From Candidatus Nomurabacteria bacterium (GTDB taxonomy: Bacteria; Patescibacteriota; Minisyncoccia; Phycocordibacterales; UBA9973), in NCBI GenBank assembly GCA_016199805.1, contig JACQGC010000005.1:6019-70018 (forward strand): DNA of 64,000 nt, read 5' to 3'. Positions 50,004 to 62,039 of this stretch are shown here, in pieces; the stretch's first letter is position 1, and each line of letters opens with the position of its first letter. Under the pieces are notes generated by a model. The model was not told the DNA's origin. It searched no databases and saw only the letters and a list, made by a program, of their open reading frames with translations. Position numbers and translations under genes: made by a program.

Positions 50004-52925
50004 TCACATCTTTTTATAGATTTCCGCCATTTTGCAATATTCGCATTCTGTGTTTTTGCCATAGGAATTATAATTACAGGGTCTGTTTACCCATTCCCCT
50101 TTCTTTACCAGTTCATCGTAATCTTTTATATCTTTCACTAGTAAATCCAATTGCTCTGAAGTTATGGATTTTTCGTAAAAAATTTCCTTTGGATTTTTTG
50201 CTTCCAGAAATTCCAGCCGGCTTTCTGATACTTCCGCTTTCCATTTTGGACTCTGCTTTATCAGATACGAATACATTGCAAGCTGACGCATATACCCGCT
50301 CATCCTGCCCTCTTCGTCCAACTTTTCTATCTCACTTTTCTTGCGAACGCTGCCAGTTTTGAAATCCGTCACCCGCACATTTTGAGCATCAAGATTTTCA
50401 ATCAAGTCTATTTTGCCGTAAATATTTAGGTGCGGAAATCTGTCGTCTTTCGCCGAAACGCTTTGCTCGCTACCTCTACTGGGCGCTATTTCTGGCAATC
50501 TGTTTTTTGCCCAGCGGGAAATAATTTTAAAAACTTCTTTGTCCCCCTCTGCCATGTCTTCCAGTTCTTTTTGAGTTGGGATTTTTCTCTCTTTTAAAAT
50601 TTTATCCAGAGCTGCATGTATCTTGCTTCCAAATTCCATGGCTTCCACTTGGGGCTCCGGAACTTGAAGCAAATTTCTGAAATACCATTGCCATGGACAA
50701 TCAAAGAAATTGTTTAAGAGTGACACAGAGAGATACCTGTCTTTGTATTTAGCGGCTGCCAGTTTTACAATTTCCGGTAAATTCTTGGGTTTTGATTTTT
50801 GTATATCCTTCTTTTCTAAAGAAAATTTTTCTTTTTTAAAAACTTCTGAAGGTAGCTCGGCTATGACTTTCGCCAGTTCCTGTTCTGTATCTTTTTTGGA
50901 TATATATGAATAAGACAAGGTGCAATATTTTTTGGCGCGAGTTATCGCCACATACAGCTTGCGTTTTATGGCATCAATGTCGTTTCCCTCCAGCCACATG
51001 GCGATAGAGGGTGGCAGAGTAAAGCCCATTCTTTTTCCGCCCACAAGTGACCTTTCGTCCATATGGGCTATCCAGACATATTCAAATTCCAGTCCTTTGG
51101 ACGAATGCATGGTCAGGACCTTCACCCCTTCTTTGGGTTTAGTAATAAGGGGTATGTCTTCATCGTAAGAAGCCAGCTTTTCCAAAAAAAGTACAAATTG
51201 CGACAAGGTGAGCTCTGGGTTCCCGCCTTTCGGACGGGCAAGTTTTTCTTTTTCTTTTTTAAATAAGTCCAAGACTGTATTCGTGATTTCTTCCCCGGAA
51301 ACTAAGCCGCCTTTTTTCGCTTGGTCTGTAAACAGCTCTTTGCCTATTTTTTGTATTACCAATTCTGGACTGTTATTTTTGAAAAAATCTTCCCATTCGC
51401 GAAGCTTGGCAATCCATTTATGCGCATTGTTGCTTTCGGAAAAAAGGTCACGAGGAGCGCTCAGGAGCTTATCAAAAGAAAATTCCCGCATATTTTCGCC
51501 CGCCAAAAACATATGGCCCTCTATGCCGGACAAGCCTGAAGTTTTATCCAAAAAAGATCTCGCCAGAGATACCCTGTCCCCGTCGGTAATGATTTTCAAA
51601 ATACGCAAAAACGTATATGCTTCGTCCTGACCAAAAAGACCCAAGGCGTCGGTAGATACTGGAATGCCGAGACCGTGCAGTATTTGAAGAGCGGGTAACA
51701 CTTGGCGATTTTTGGGCACTAAAAGAGCGCAGTCATCCGGGTTAAGACCAATACTTTTTACTTTATCTTTTATATCCAAACCGAGAGCCATGATTTCTTC
51801 TTCCGTGGTTTCAGTTTCCACCAGTCTCACGGGAACCGCTTTTTGCGTTTCTTTTTGTTGGCTAATCAATTTTGAATCGGACATTACACTTTTGAGGAGC
51901 GCGTGAGAAGCGTCCAAGATAACTTGCGTGGAGCGATAGTTGTCTACCAAGGTGACGAGCTTTGCCCCCGGAAAACTTTTCGCAAAACCCTTAAAATGAT
52001 CAATTGAAGCGCCGCTAAACCCGTAAATGAGCTGGCGGTCATCGCCAACCACGAAAATCTCCGGCTTTTCGAGTGGCGCCCAAACCCTGGACAGGAATTC
52101 ATTTTGTATTCGGGAAGAATCCTGGTGTTCATCCACTAAGACATATAGATATCTTTCGCGGATTGCGGATAGTGCCTCGTCTGACACTTCCACCAGTTTC
52201 ACCAAGCACTCGAGTACATCATCATAGTCCAGCAAGTTTTTTTCTTTTTTTGCCTTTTCGTAAAGATCCAAAAATTTTACTATCTCCTCGCTTCTTTTTA
52301 AACTTTCAATTTCTTTTAACGTTTCTTTCTTCAAACTCCCCTTGCTTTCTCCCCGGCTGGAAATATTATCTTCGTCCCCTTCCAAAGACTCTATGGCTTT
52401 ATTTATTTCTTCCGCAAACTCAATAGAAGAAATTCTTTCGCGTTTTAAAATGGAAGAAAGGGACATCAAATCGTGAAAATATCTCATCCGGTCACTGCGC
52501 GGACGTAGATATTCCCACTCATTTTCGTTTAAAATCTGCTCGAAAAAAATGGCGTGGTCTGTGTCTTCCAGGAGCTTCGGGGCTTCCGGTAAATTTAACG
52601 CTTTAAAATATTCACCGAGAATTTTCATCCCAAAACTGTGAAAAGTGTAGACATTCACCTTTTCGCTAGCCTCGCCGATGTAGCGATGAAGTCGTTTTTT
52701 CATCGCCTCCACTGCCGAGTTTGTAAAAGTCAGGCATAAAATTCCATCGGCTTTGATATCCGTCTTTTGCAAAATGTTGGCGATACGCAAAGCCAATATT
52801 TGTGTCTTCCCAGTACCCGGACCAGCCACTACCATGACTGGTCCATCTATGGAGTCTACCGCTTCCCGTTGCGCGGGATTGAGTTTTTTGTATTCTTCTT
52901 TGAATACTTTTCCCGAATCTTTCAT
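50004..52925 (-). CDS. UvrD/Rep-family SF1 helicase fused to a C-terminal PD-(D/E)xK nuclease (AdnA/AddA-like)
   Basis: AGPGTGKT, LVDEHQD, VGDDRQ.IY, NYRS, TMHSSKGLEF and YVAITRA; then GKIDLI...TDFKTG...Q..MY and Cys residues that could bind Fe-S. Confidence 0.9.
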   Translation of the reverse strand: MKDSGKVFKEEYKKLNPAQREAVDSIDGPVMVVAGPGTGKTQILALRIANILQKTDIKADGILCLTFTNSAVEAMKKRLHRYIGEASEKVNVYTFHSFGMKILGEYFKALNLPEAPKLLEDTDHAIFFEQILNENEWEYLRPRSDRMRYFHDLMSLSSILKRERISSIEFAEEINKAIESLEGDEDNISSRGESKGSLKKETLKEIESLKRSEEIVKFLDLYEKAKKEKNLLDYDDVLECLVKLVEVSDEALSAIRERYLYVLVDEHQDSSRIQNEFLSRVWAPLEKPEIFVVGDDRQLIYGFSGASIDHFKGFAKSFPGAKLVTLVDNYRSTQVILDASHALLKSVMSDSKLISQQKETQKAVPVRLVETETTEEEIMALGLDIKDKVKSIGLNPDDCALLVPKNRQVLPALQILHGLGIPVSTDALGLFGQDEAYTFLRILKIITDGDRVSLARSFLDKTSGLSGIEGHMFLAGENMREFSFDKLLSAPRDLFSESNNAHKWIAKLREWEDFFKNNSPELVIQKIGKELFTDQAKKGGLVSGEEITNTVLDLFKKEKEKLARPKGGNPELTLSQFVLFLEKLASYDEDIPLITKPKEGVKVLTMHSSKGLEFEYVWIAHMDERSLVGGKRMGFTLPPSIAMWLEGNDIDAIKRKLYVAITRAKKYCTLSYSYISKKDTEQELAKVIAELPSEVFKKEKFSLEKKDIQKSKPKNLPEIVKLAAAKYKDRYLSVSLLNNFFDCPWQWYFRNLLQVPEPQVEAMEFGSKIHAALDKILKERKIPTQKELEDMAEGDKEVFKIISRWAKNRLPEIAPSRGSEQSVSAKDDRFPHLNIYGKIDLIENLDAQNVRVTDFKTGSVRKKSEIEKLDEEGRMSGYMRQLAMYSYLIKQSPKWKAEVSESRLEFLEAKNPKEIFYEKSITSEQLDLLVKDIKDYDELVKKGEWVNRPCNYNSYGKNTECEYCKMAEIYKKM

Positions 52926-52927
52926 GT

Positions 52928-53845
52928 TTATTTTATATTATTTAGATGCATTTTAGATTTCCAAAAGAAAAACCCGATTATGATAAAGGTGCAAAGCGGC
53001 GAGACATATTCGGGTATACTAAAACCAAAACTGTGCAGCAGCATGATTATACCCAAGACCAATATCGAATACATGGCGCCATTTTTCAGGTAAACATATT
53101 TTTTTATTCTTTCAATATTACTGACCGTAAGCTGCCGCACCAAGAGAGCTCCCAGGCCATTGCCGAGTAAAATGAGAGGCACGGAAAGAGTAAAGGCGAA
53201 AGCGCCCAGCACGCCATCTATGGAAAAAGTGGTATCGATAATTTCCAGAAAAAAAAGTTTACTCAAATCGGAACGAGAACTGTCGAGTAGATTTTTTTCT
53301 TCCATTTCCGCATTTTGCTTGAAGCCGTGGGTAATGAAAAATAAACTGGAGCCCACTACCGCGCCGAAAGCCATCAGGCTGTCTTGCTTCAAGGCAAACC
53401 AAGAAATGACCGCGAGCAAAACAGAAACAATCGCGTAAAACCAAACTCCTTGTGACATAAAAAATTTCTCTGTCCTTGGTAAACCCAATTTTTTATCTTC
53501 TAAAAATAACCAATGCAAAAACAAGAAGATTAGAAAAACTCCCCCGGCAATCAGTAAAATTGGGGCTGATTTATAGATAGAATCTTGCACGAGCGGGTCG
53601 CTGGACCAGGCCGCCGATAAAACCTGCAGAATAGTAAGAGAGGGATTAAATCCCCAGATTATAAAGAAAGGCAGAAGCCCCCGCACCACAAACACAGCCA
53701 CCAGCATTCCCCAGGTAAGAAACCACAGACGAGCGCGCTTGCCCATACCGGAGAGCACTTCGGCGTTGATTATAGCGTTGTCTACGGATGAGATAGTCTC
53801 AAAAACAGAGAGACCCAGTATGGTAATTAGGGCTGAAAATATCAT
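52928..53845 (-). CDS. DUF475/TerC-like integral membrane protein
   Basis: FETISSVDNAIINA, FLTWG and LEIID.TFSIDGV.GAFA; multiple TM helices. Confidence 0.85.
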   Translation of the reverse strand: MIFSALITILGLSVFETISSVDNAIINAEVLSGMGKRARLWFLTWGMLVAVFVVRGLLPFFIIWGFNPSLTILQVLSAAWSSDPLVQDSIYKSAPILLIAGGVFLIFLFLHWLFLEDKKLGLPRTEKFFMSQGVWFYAIVSVLLAVISWFALKQDSLMAFGAVVGSSLFFITHGFKQNAEMEEKNLLDSSRSDLSKLFFLEIIDTTFSIDGVLGAFAFTLSVPLILLGNGLGALLVRQLTVSNIERIKKYVYLKNGAMYSILVLGIIMLLHSFGFSIPEYVSPLCTFIIIGFFFWKSKMHLNNIK

Positions 53846-53880
53846 ATCCGTATTCTACCTCTTTTTTTACTTTCTGTCTT

Positions 53881-54279
53881 TTATTCGGTTGTTACCCCGT
53901 CGAATTCCGGACCGTCTTTTTCAGCCTCTTCTTTGGTGGCCCGCACTATGCCGTCTTTGTGGTGTGCTGGAGAATAAATGGTGTAAAGTTTCAAGTCATC
54001 GGTTCCGGATGTATTTATGATATTGTGCTCCGCTCCGGCTGGGACGACAATGACCGAACCGTCAGCAAGCTCATAAGTATTTCCGTCAATGATGCATTTG
54101 CCAACTCCTTTTTCAAAACGGAAAAATTGGTCGTTGTCCAGATGCACTTCCATACCTATCTCCTCTCCCGGCTTCAAGCTCATCAGCACGAGCTGGCTGT
54201 GCTTGCCGGTGTATAAAACTTTGCGAAAATTTGTATTTTCAATGGCGTCTTTTTCTATATTTGCGTTGAATCCTTTCAT
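53881..54279 (-). CDS. Cupin-domain protein
   Basis: QLVLMSL.PGEEIG.EVH..DQFF...G...VPAG..HN..N..LKLYTIYSP. Confidence 0.9.
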   Translation of the reverse strand: MKGFNANIEKDAIENTNFRKVLYTGKHSQLVLMSLKPGEEIGMEVHLDNDQFFRFEKGVGKCIIDGNTYELADGSVIVVPAGAEHNIINTSGTDDLKLYTIYSPAHHKDGIVRATKEEAEKDGPEFDGVTTE

Positions 54280-54334
54280 GAAATTTTTTGTTTTATTCTC
54301 TAATAAATCCGACTGTATTAGTATAACATGGTTG

Positions 54335-54419
54335 CGGAGGCGGAGAGATTCGAACTCTCGATACCTTTCGGTATGCTACCTTTCCAAGGTAGTGGAATAA
54401 ACCGCTATCCGACGCCTCC
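54335..54419 (-). tRNA. tRNA-Ser(GGA)
   Basis: Minus strand GGAGGCG acceptor, anticodon arm CTACC-TTGGAAA-GGTAG, long variable arm ATACC-GAAA-GGTAT, GAGAG-TTCGAAT-CTCTC T-arm, discriminator G; CCA not encoded directly. Confidence 0.95.
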
Positions 54420-54457
54420 GTACTCTTAATTTACATTATTTTCGGAAAAAAGAAAGC

Positions 54458-56599
<2,142 letters not shown>

Positions 56600-58000
56600 T
56601 TAGTAATAAGTAGTATAATACGAAGTATAACTGCAACTACCTGAGCCTGTCCAAAGTTGCGAACCCCAGCCGGGGTAGGAATAACAACCTGAATTGAAAC
56701 CCATGCAACTGGCTCCCATATCTGATTGGGTTCCCGAACAGCCTTGCCCAGAATAATCATACAACTGTATACACCACTGACCCGACTGGCAACCATATAC
56801 AAGATTTGAACCACTGGTGTAATTATCCCAATTTCCGTCGCAATCTTCATCTGTGTTTGGCGTCGACACATTCACGGAACCTGCCAGCCCGGTGCAATTC
56901 AAGGTCGCTCCAAAAGTTCCCATTACCGCCAAATCACTTTTTCTAACCAATCTGACCTGTGTTCCATTCCAATATGCTTTCCAGCCATCCCCGTTTAGAC
57001 TAAACCCAGACGCAGTAGCGGCGTCACAGTTTACATTTATTGCCGAGGCGATATCAATCCATGAGCCATTCAAAAACTGAAGCTTACAACCATTTACTCC
57101 GCCGTTCCCTGCGCCTGCATTCCAAGAAACGCTAAAGTTTCTGCTTCCGTTAGAGTCTGAAAGAGCCAAGCCCGTCGGGTTCAAGGTGCTTACCGTCAGA
57201 TTGGAGCTGGCCGTGAGGCCGTTGCCTCCCTCGGTAGAAGTGACCGCAGTCGTCGTGTTGGTTTTTGAACCCAGGGTAGTACCTAAAACGGTAACCGAGA
57301 AAGTACAAGCAGCGCTGTTTCCGAGTGTTGCTCCGGAGAGAGAAACGACACTGCCACCCGCTGCTGCCGAGATAGTTCCGCCGCCGCAACTTCCGGAGAG
57401 CCCATTTGGCGTGTTGACTATGAGCCCAGATAAAGATGAGGCGGCGTTGGGATTGGTAATGGTGAAAGATAGTGAAGTTGTGGCATTCACATTGATAGAT
57501 CCCGCGCCGAATGATTTGCTGATGATTGGAAGAGTGATTATCGGTTGAGCCACCCCGCCACCTTTATAAGTAATTTTTAGTTCGCGTTCGACATTAGTGG
57601 ATACCGGAGTGCAAGCTCCGGGGATACTTCCTCCGTTGTTGTATCCATCTGTAGTTACACTGGAGAGCAGAGCCGGAGGGCTGGTGTTGTCCTTGGTGAC
57701 TTTTACTTTGGCGCAACCCTTGCCGTCACTACCCAATCCGGAAACAACAAAGTTCCAAGTTTGAGTCGTTCCCAGGGCGGGTAAATAAGAACTACCGGAA
57801 GATTTGTCGTTAAAAAGCGTGTATTCGCTGCCACTGTCTGCGGCAAAAAAAGCGTTGTTGGCATCTCTGGCTGAGGTGCCAAAGTTTACTTCCTTCAGAG
57901 CCACATTGGCGACACCCAAGGCAATGGACAAAAGAATCGCCGCAATGCTGACCGCAAAAAGTAAAACGAAACCTTTATTTTTTTTAATATTTTTTGTCAT
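56600..58000 (-). CDS. PilX-like minor pilin with extended C-terminal adhesin-like domains
   Basis: KG^FVLLFAV (no Glu5), AFFAADSG.E, an Ig-like SKSF..ITNPN domain, DEDCDG motif and Cys-rich tip. Confidence 0.75.
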   Translation of the reverse strand: MTKNIKKNKGFVLLFAVSIAAILLSIALGVANVALKEVNFGTSARDANNAFFAADSGSEYTLFNDKSSGSSYLPALGTTQTWNFVVSGLGSDGKGCAKVKVTKDNTSPPALLSSVTTDGYNNGGSIPGACTPVSTNVERELKITYKGGGVAQPIITLPIISKSFGAGSINVNATTSLSFTITNPNAASSLSGLIVNTPNGLSGSCGGGTISAAAGGSVVSLSGATLGNSAACTFSVTVLGTTLGSKTNTTTAVTSTEGGNGLTASSNLTVSTLNPTGLALSDSNGSRNFSVSWNAGAGNGGVNGCKLQFLNGSWIDIASAINVNCDAATASGFSLNGDGWKAYWNGTQVRLVRKSDLAVMGTFGATLNCTGLAGSVNVSTPNTDEDCDGNWDNYTSGSNLVYGCQSGQWCIQLYDYSGQGCSGTQSDMGASCMGFNSGCYSYPGWGSQLWTGSGSCSYTSYYTTYY

Positions 58001-58006
58001 TTGATT

Positions 58007-58552
58007 TTACTCCACCCAATTAAATAAATCCTCGGAAAAAGATACGTTGGAAGTACCGGAACTCTGCGTCCAAGAAACTTTAGAAAAAATTCTCACATCA
58101 TTTGCATTAATGGTTGTCATCCAAACTTTACGGACAAAACCGGAGTCTGTGCCGCTTGAAACAGTGTCATAACCTCCGTTGTTTATATATAATTTACATT
58201 GGCTGAGGGCAGTACAGAGAGAAACATTAAAAGGTACCACCGGTTTGACAAAACCGCATTCGCTCCCTGGAACGCATGAAGCTAGTTTGGTTTTAAAACT
58301 ATCCCAACCAATCTGTCCGGTAACACTGTAAAGCACAGAAGTATCCCGCATATTTCTGAGATATTCTATTCCTTCTTGAGCTAAATAAGCGCCCACTATT
58401 TTCTGTTTGGCATAAGTAGTACTGCTGATACTGGAAGCCAAAATCGACATCAAGCCGAGGAGCGACATGGAAAAAATAGAAATGGCAACAAGTGTCTCGA
58501 CTAAGGTGAATGCTTTATTTGTTTTATTTGTTTTTTTAAAAATTAGTTTCAT
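58007..58552 (-). CDS. Type IV minor pilin (PilV-like)
   Basis: KA^FTLVETLVA; A.YLAQEGIE..RN.RD. Confidence 0.85.
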   Translation of the reverse strand: MKLIFKKTNKTNKAFTLVETLVAISIFSMSLLGLMSILASSISSTTYAKQKIVGAYLAQEGIEYLRNMRDTSVLYSVTGQIGWDSFKTKLASCVPGSECGFVKPVVPFNVSLCTALSQCKLYINNGGYDTVSSGTDSGFVRKVWMTTINANDVRIFSKVSWTQSSGTSNVSFSEDLFNWVE

Positions 58553-58590
58553 CTCTTTATGACTTTATAAACTTTCTACTTTATAACTAA

Positions 58591-59166
58591 TTATAAATCT
58601 ATGACTCTTTGCGAAACAGATGTTTGTAAAGAAAACGTTGTCGTCGTGGTAGCGTTTAAAGTGATTGTTCCGACCAGTTTGATTGTCACAAAAGGTTGTT
58701 GGGTGTCGCCGGCCGGAGGTTCGGCTCCCAAAACGGAAAAACCGGAAACCGCGGAGAGAGTAACTTCATCCGGATTCATCTGGACAAAAGTGACTCCTCC
58801 ATCAACCGACTTAAAAATTCCGGGCTTGCCGGCATAGGTGCCTATGTAGTAAACCCATTGTCCGCCAAGCGATGACTTGAAAGAAATTCCACCGCCGCTT
58901 GCGCAACTTAAAGGGGTGGTGAGAGTGAGATTTCCGTCAGCGATGCAATGATAAGCATACCCCGTCCTCAAGTTTCTACCCATATCTTCCACTACATAGC
59001 TCAAGTTGTCCATAATGGAACGCATGCTTTGTGATTTCTTGCTGAGTAAATTGGCGTTGAGTAATGCGCCCATGCCCGCCATCACAATGACAATGAAAAG
59101 AGAGATGGCAATCATTGTTTCCAAAATAGTATAGCCTGATTCTTTTTTTATAATATTCTTCTGCAT
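58591..59166 (-). CDS. Type IV minor pilin (PilW-like)
   Basis: SG^YTILETMIA; C-terminal QPFVTI...LQTSVSQR. Confidence 0.85.
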   Translation of the reverse strand: MQKNIIKKESGYTILETMIAISLFIVIVMAGMGALLNANLLSKKSQSMRSIMDNLSYVVEDMGRNLRTGYAYHCIADGNLTLTTPLSCASGGGISFKSSLGGQWVYYIGTYAGKPGIFKSVDGGVTFVQMNPDEVTLSAVSGFSVLGAEPPAGDTQQPFVTIKLVGTITLNATTTTTFSLQTSVSQRVIDL

Positions 59167-59184
59167 TTCTTTATAACTTTATAA

Positions 59185-59817
59185 CTAATTTACCTGTATT
59201 CTGCCCGAAGGATATATTTTTATTAAAGATGTCTTCCCCTTCGGTGAACTGACGGTGATTTGCATATAATCAAAACCGGTTACGGTTGTACCGTCGGAAT
59301 AACTGAAAATTGCGCTCGAATTTGGTCTTTTGAAAGTGACACAAATGGGATTCGTAATTGAAGTAGCCACTGCGCCCACATAACTGTCTATTCTGGATAC
59401 ATAATTACCTTTTGTTATAGCAAAATAATTCACGCACTCTCCAGTGCAATTGCCACCGCTAGCAAAATTGCTATTATCAAGGTCTACAAAATAAACAAAA
59501 CTTTTACTGTTTACTCCACTGGAATTAAAATAAATTCCATAAGCTGGTTTCCAAGGAGACACCGTGGGAATTTGGACCGGCTGCAACCCCGAGAGCGAAG
59601 CTTTTTGCGCAGCCACTACTTGTAAGGCAATATCGCTCGCCAAATTTTTAAGATCAATCCTCGACTGAAAATCTCCATAATTAAATATTACCACCGAAGA
59701 CATAATAGTAAAAATGATGAGAACGACGATGAGCTCTATATAGGTCATGCCCTTGTTTAGCTTATAGCTAATAGCTTTTAGTTTGTAGCTTTTTAGTTTT
59801 CTGAAAAAATAAATCAT
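59185..59817 (-). CDS. Type IV minor pilin (FimT/FimU-like)
   Basis: KG^MTYIELIVV; AYGIYF; C-terminal I.IYPSGRI. Confidence 0.85.
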   Translation of the reverse strand: MIYFFRKLKSYKLKAISYKLNKGMTYIELIVVLIIFTIMSSVVIFNYGDFQSRIDLKNLASDIALQVVAAQKASLSGLQPVQIPTVSPWKPAYGIYFNSSGVNSKSFVYFVDLDNSNFASGGNCTGECVNYFAITKGNYVSRIDSYVGAVATSITNPICVTFKRPNSSAIFSYSDGTTVTGFDYMQITVSSPKGKTSLIKIYPSGRIQVN

Positions 59818-59833
59818 TTTTTTTGAAATTTAT

Positions 59834-60640
59834 TTAAAAAAGACCAAAAAGACTAAGACTAAAAATAAACGCCAGCGCTGTGCCAAGAACCAAATACGGT
59901 GCAAAAGGAATTTCGCTTTTCATGCCATGTTTTGATGAAAAAATAATCAGGATTATGCCGATAACCGCTCCGGCCCAAAAAGCCATGACTACGCCCGATA
60001 GCGCGCCAGATAGCCCGAGCAACCAGCCGATAGAAAGAGCTAGCTTAGCGTCCCCTAGCCCCATCCACCTGCCACCCGAGACCAGCCAGAGCAAAGCAAA
60101 AGGAGCGGCAATCAATGGCCCCGCCAAAAATTCCAGCAGTGAGGGTATGTGAGGGAAAAAACCGAAATAACCCAAAAAATTACTGTTGCCAAAAATAAAC
60201 AGACCGAGAAAAGTCAGAATACCCAGGGTCAGAGAAAGTGAATCTGGAATAATTTTATGCCTGATGTCATAAACCGCGATGACTAACAAAAGCGAAAATA
60301 CCACCGCGTAATAAGCGTAAGTGAAACTAAAAGAAAAAGTATTCAGAAAGAAAATATCTTGAAACTTCAGAAAGATGGCGGCAAAAATTAACCCGGTCAC
60401 CAGCTCCACTAGTGGGTACTGGATGGATATTTTTGTCTTGCAGTTCCGGCACTTCCCCCCGAGCCAAAGAAAACTGAAAACCGGAAAAAGCTCGTACCAA
60501 GACAGAGTGTTCCTACAAGACATGCAAGCCGACCTGCCGCCGAAAGTTTTTTGGGTATTCAGACGCAAAATGACGACATTCAAAAAGCTCCCAATGATAA
60601 GACCGAAAACAAAGAAAATTATTGTCAGTAATAAAATCAC
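59834..60640 (-). CDS. pilD: Prepilin peptidase
   Basis: GSFLNVVI.R, RS.CxxC...GKCRNC, YD.RH..IPD, MGLGDAKL and IPFAPYL. Confidence 0.95.
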   Translation of the reverse strand: MILLLTIIFFVFGLIIGSFLNVVILRLNTQKTFGGRSACMSCRNTLSWYELFPVFSFLWLGGKCRNCKTKISIQYPLVELVTGLIFAAIFLKFQDIFFLNTFSFSFTYAYYAVVFSLLLVIAVYDIRHKIIPDSLSLTLGILTFLGLFIFGNSNFLGYFGFFPHIPSLLEFLAGPLIAAPFALLWLVSGGRWMGLGDAKLALSIGWLLGLSGALSGVVMAFWAGAVIGIILIIFSSKHGMKSEIPFAPYLVLGTALAFIFSLSLFGLF

Positions 60641-60676
60641 AAGCTTATTATAACATATATCATCTTTACCCTAAAG

Positions 60677-61225
60677 TTATGTGCAAGCTAAGTCGTTGGC
60701 AGTAAGATTATCGGTTTCTTGTTTTGATTTTCCCATACTATCTACACACCACATCACCGGCGCTCCGCTGGCGCTAGCCGATAAGGGCACTTCTGCGGCC
60801 CAAGCAGTTCCAGTGGCATCCACGTGGCAAGTGGCAGTGTTATATGTACCGGGAGTGGCAACGGCATTATTCAAAGTTACTCCGCCGGCCGCCTTAGCTG
60901 CAGCCAACATTTGTGCATTAATCCCTAAAGCTCCCTGAGCTGCCATTGTACCAGTACAAACAGTTGTATAAGTATTAGCTGCCGCAGTATTGGAATTGTA
61001 AAAAATTTCTCCCTGCCTTTGAGCGTTTACCAAGTTTGCCTTTACAGCTCCGTCACTTCCCTTACCTCTGGCATTATTTAATGATGCCATAACAACCGAA
61101 GCCAAAATACCAATGATGGCCACAACAACCAAAAGCTCAATCAACGTAAACCCGCCCCCCTTCGGGGTCACACCAAATTTTGGTGTGCGGGTAAACCCCT
61201 TATTTAAACTAGATTTTTTCTCCAT
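60677..61225 (-). CDS. Type IV pilin (major pilin candidate)
   Basis: GG^FTLIELLVVVAIIGILASVV...AR.K..D; WCVDS.G; the leader carries a 45-bp palindromic insertion. Confidence 0.9.
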   Translation of the reverse strand: MEKKSSLNKGFTRTPKFGVTPKGGGFTLIELLVVVAIIGILASVVMASLNNARGKGSDGAVKANLVNAQRQGEIFYNSNTAAANTYTTVCTGTMAAQGALGINAQMLAAAKAAGGVTLNNAVATPGTYNTATCHVDATGTAWAAEVPLSASASGAPVMWCVDSMGKSKQETDNLTANDLACT

Positions 61226-61334
61226 ATGATTTTCTAAATTAATAATAAGGATCTTTTTGACCTCTACTTTTTATTGTACCACATTGTGAAGATATGCAAA
61301 CCACCCTGTGCATAACTATTTTATGGGGTAAAAT

Positions 61335-61646
61335 CTAGTTAACATACCAATCACCACAACATTTTATAAATACAATTTGAGAAAACAGACCGAACCCAAA
61401 GTAAAGAAATCCAATTATTCCTATCATTTTGAATGTTGACCACAACCATTTATACTTTAATGTTTGTTTTGCATACTTATAGTTTAAATAAATTAACAAG
61501 ACCGAGCCCAGAACCGGAATTACCCATGTTAGAGTTTCTCTTGACCCAACATCGCTGACATAACCATGAATGGTGCTCTGAAAATAAAGTGGTACAACGT
61601 ATGTTGTAATCAATAAAACCAGGTTGAGTATTATCTTTTTATACAT
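61335..61646 (-). CDS. Small hypothetical membrane protein (3 TM)
   Basis: Three hydrophobic segments; AT-rich; start reassigned to MYKK. Confidence 0.6.
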   Translation of the reverse strand: MYKKIILNLVLLITTYVVPLYFQSTIHGYVSDVGSRETLTWVIPVLGSVLLIYLNYKYAKQTLKYKWLWSTFKMIGIIGFLYFGFGLFSQIVFIKCCGDWYVN

Positions 61647-61707
61647 AGATTTATTTTTTAAAAAATTATTTACCTGTAACAAGAACAGCTATTGCTACTT
61701 AAAAGAA

Positions 61708-62037
61708 TTATCCGAGCATAGGAAAATGAAGTGTAGCTGCTCTCAAGCCAAAATAAACTAGCAAGATGAATGGTATGTTGATAACTAATATAGCTATCAA
61801 ATATTTCATTCCTCTTCTATCAGAATAAAAACTAGCAATTGATACTAAAATAGCAACCGGGGAAAAACAAATTCCAACAAGAATACCCCAGGGCATGATG
61901 TCTCCTACAAAGTAATTAATAAAATTACCAATATTTATATTGCCGGGAGTGGGAGCAATAATGATAAGGGCGCTCGCTCCAATTAATATTAACAGGGATA
62001 AATAAAACACAAATCTTACAACCTTATTTGTTTCCAT
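61708..62037 (-). CDS. Small hypothetical membrane protein (3 TM)
   Basis: Three hydrophobic segments; ATG 2 nt after the stop of the lipase-like gene. Confidence 0.65.
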   Translation of the reverse strand: METNKVVRFVFYLSLLILIGASALIIIAPTPGNINIGNFINYFVGDIMPWGILVGICFSPVAILVSIASFYSDRRGMKYLIAILVINIPFILLVYFGLRAATLHFPMLG

Positions 62038-62039
62038 TA

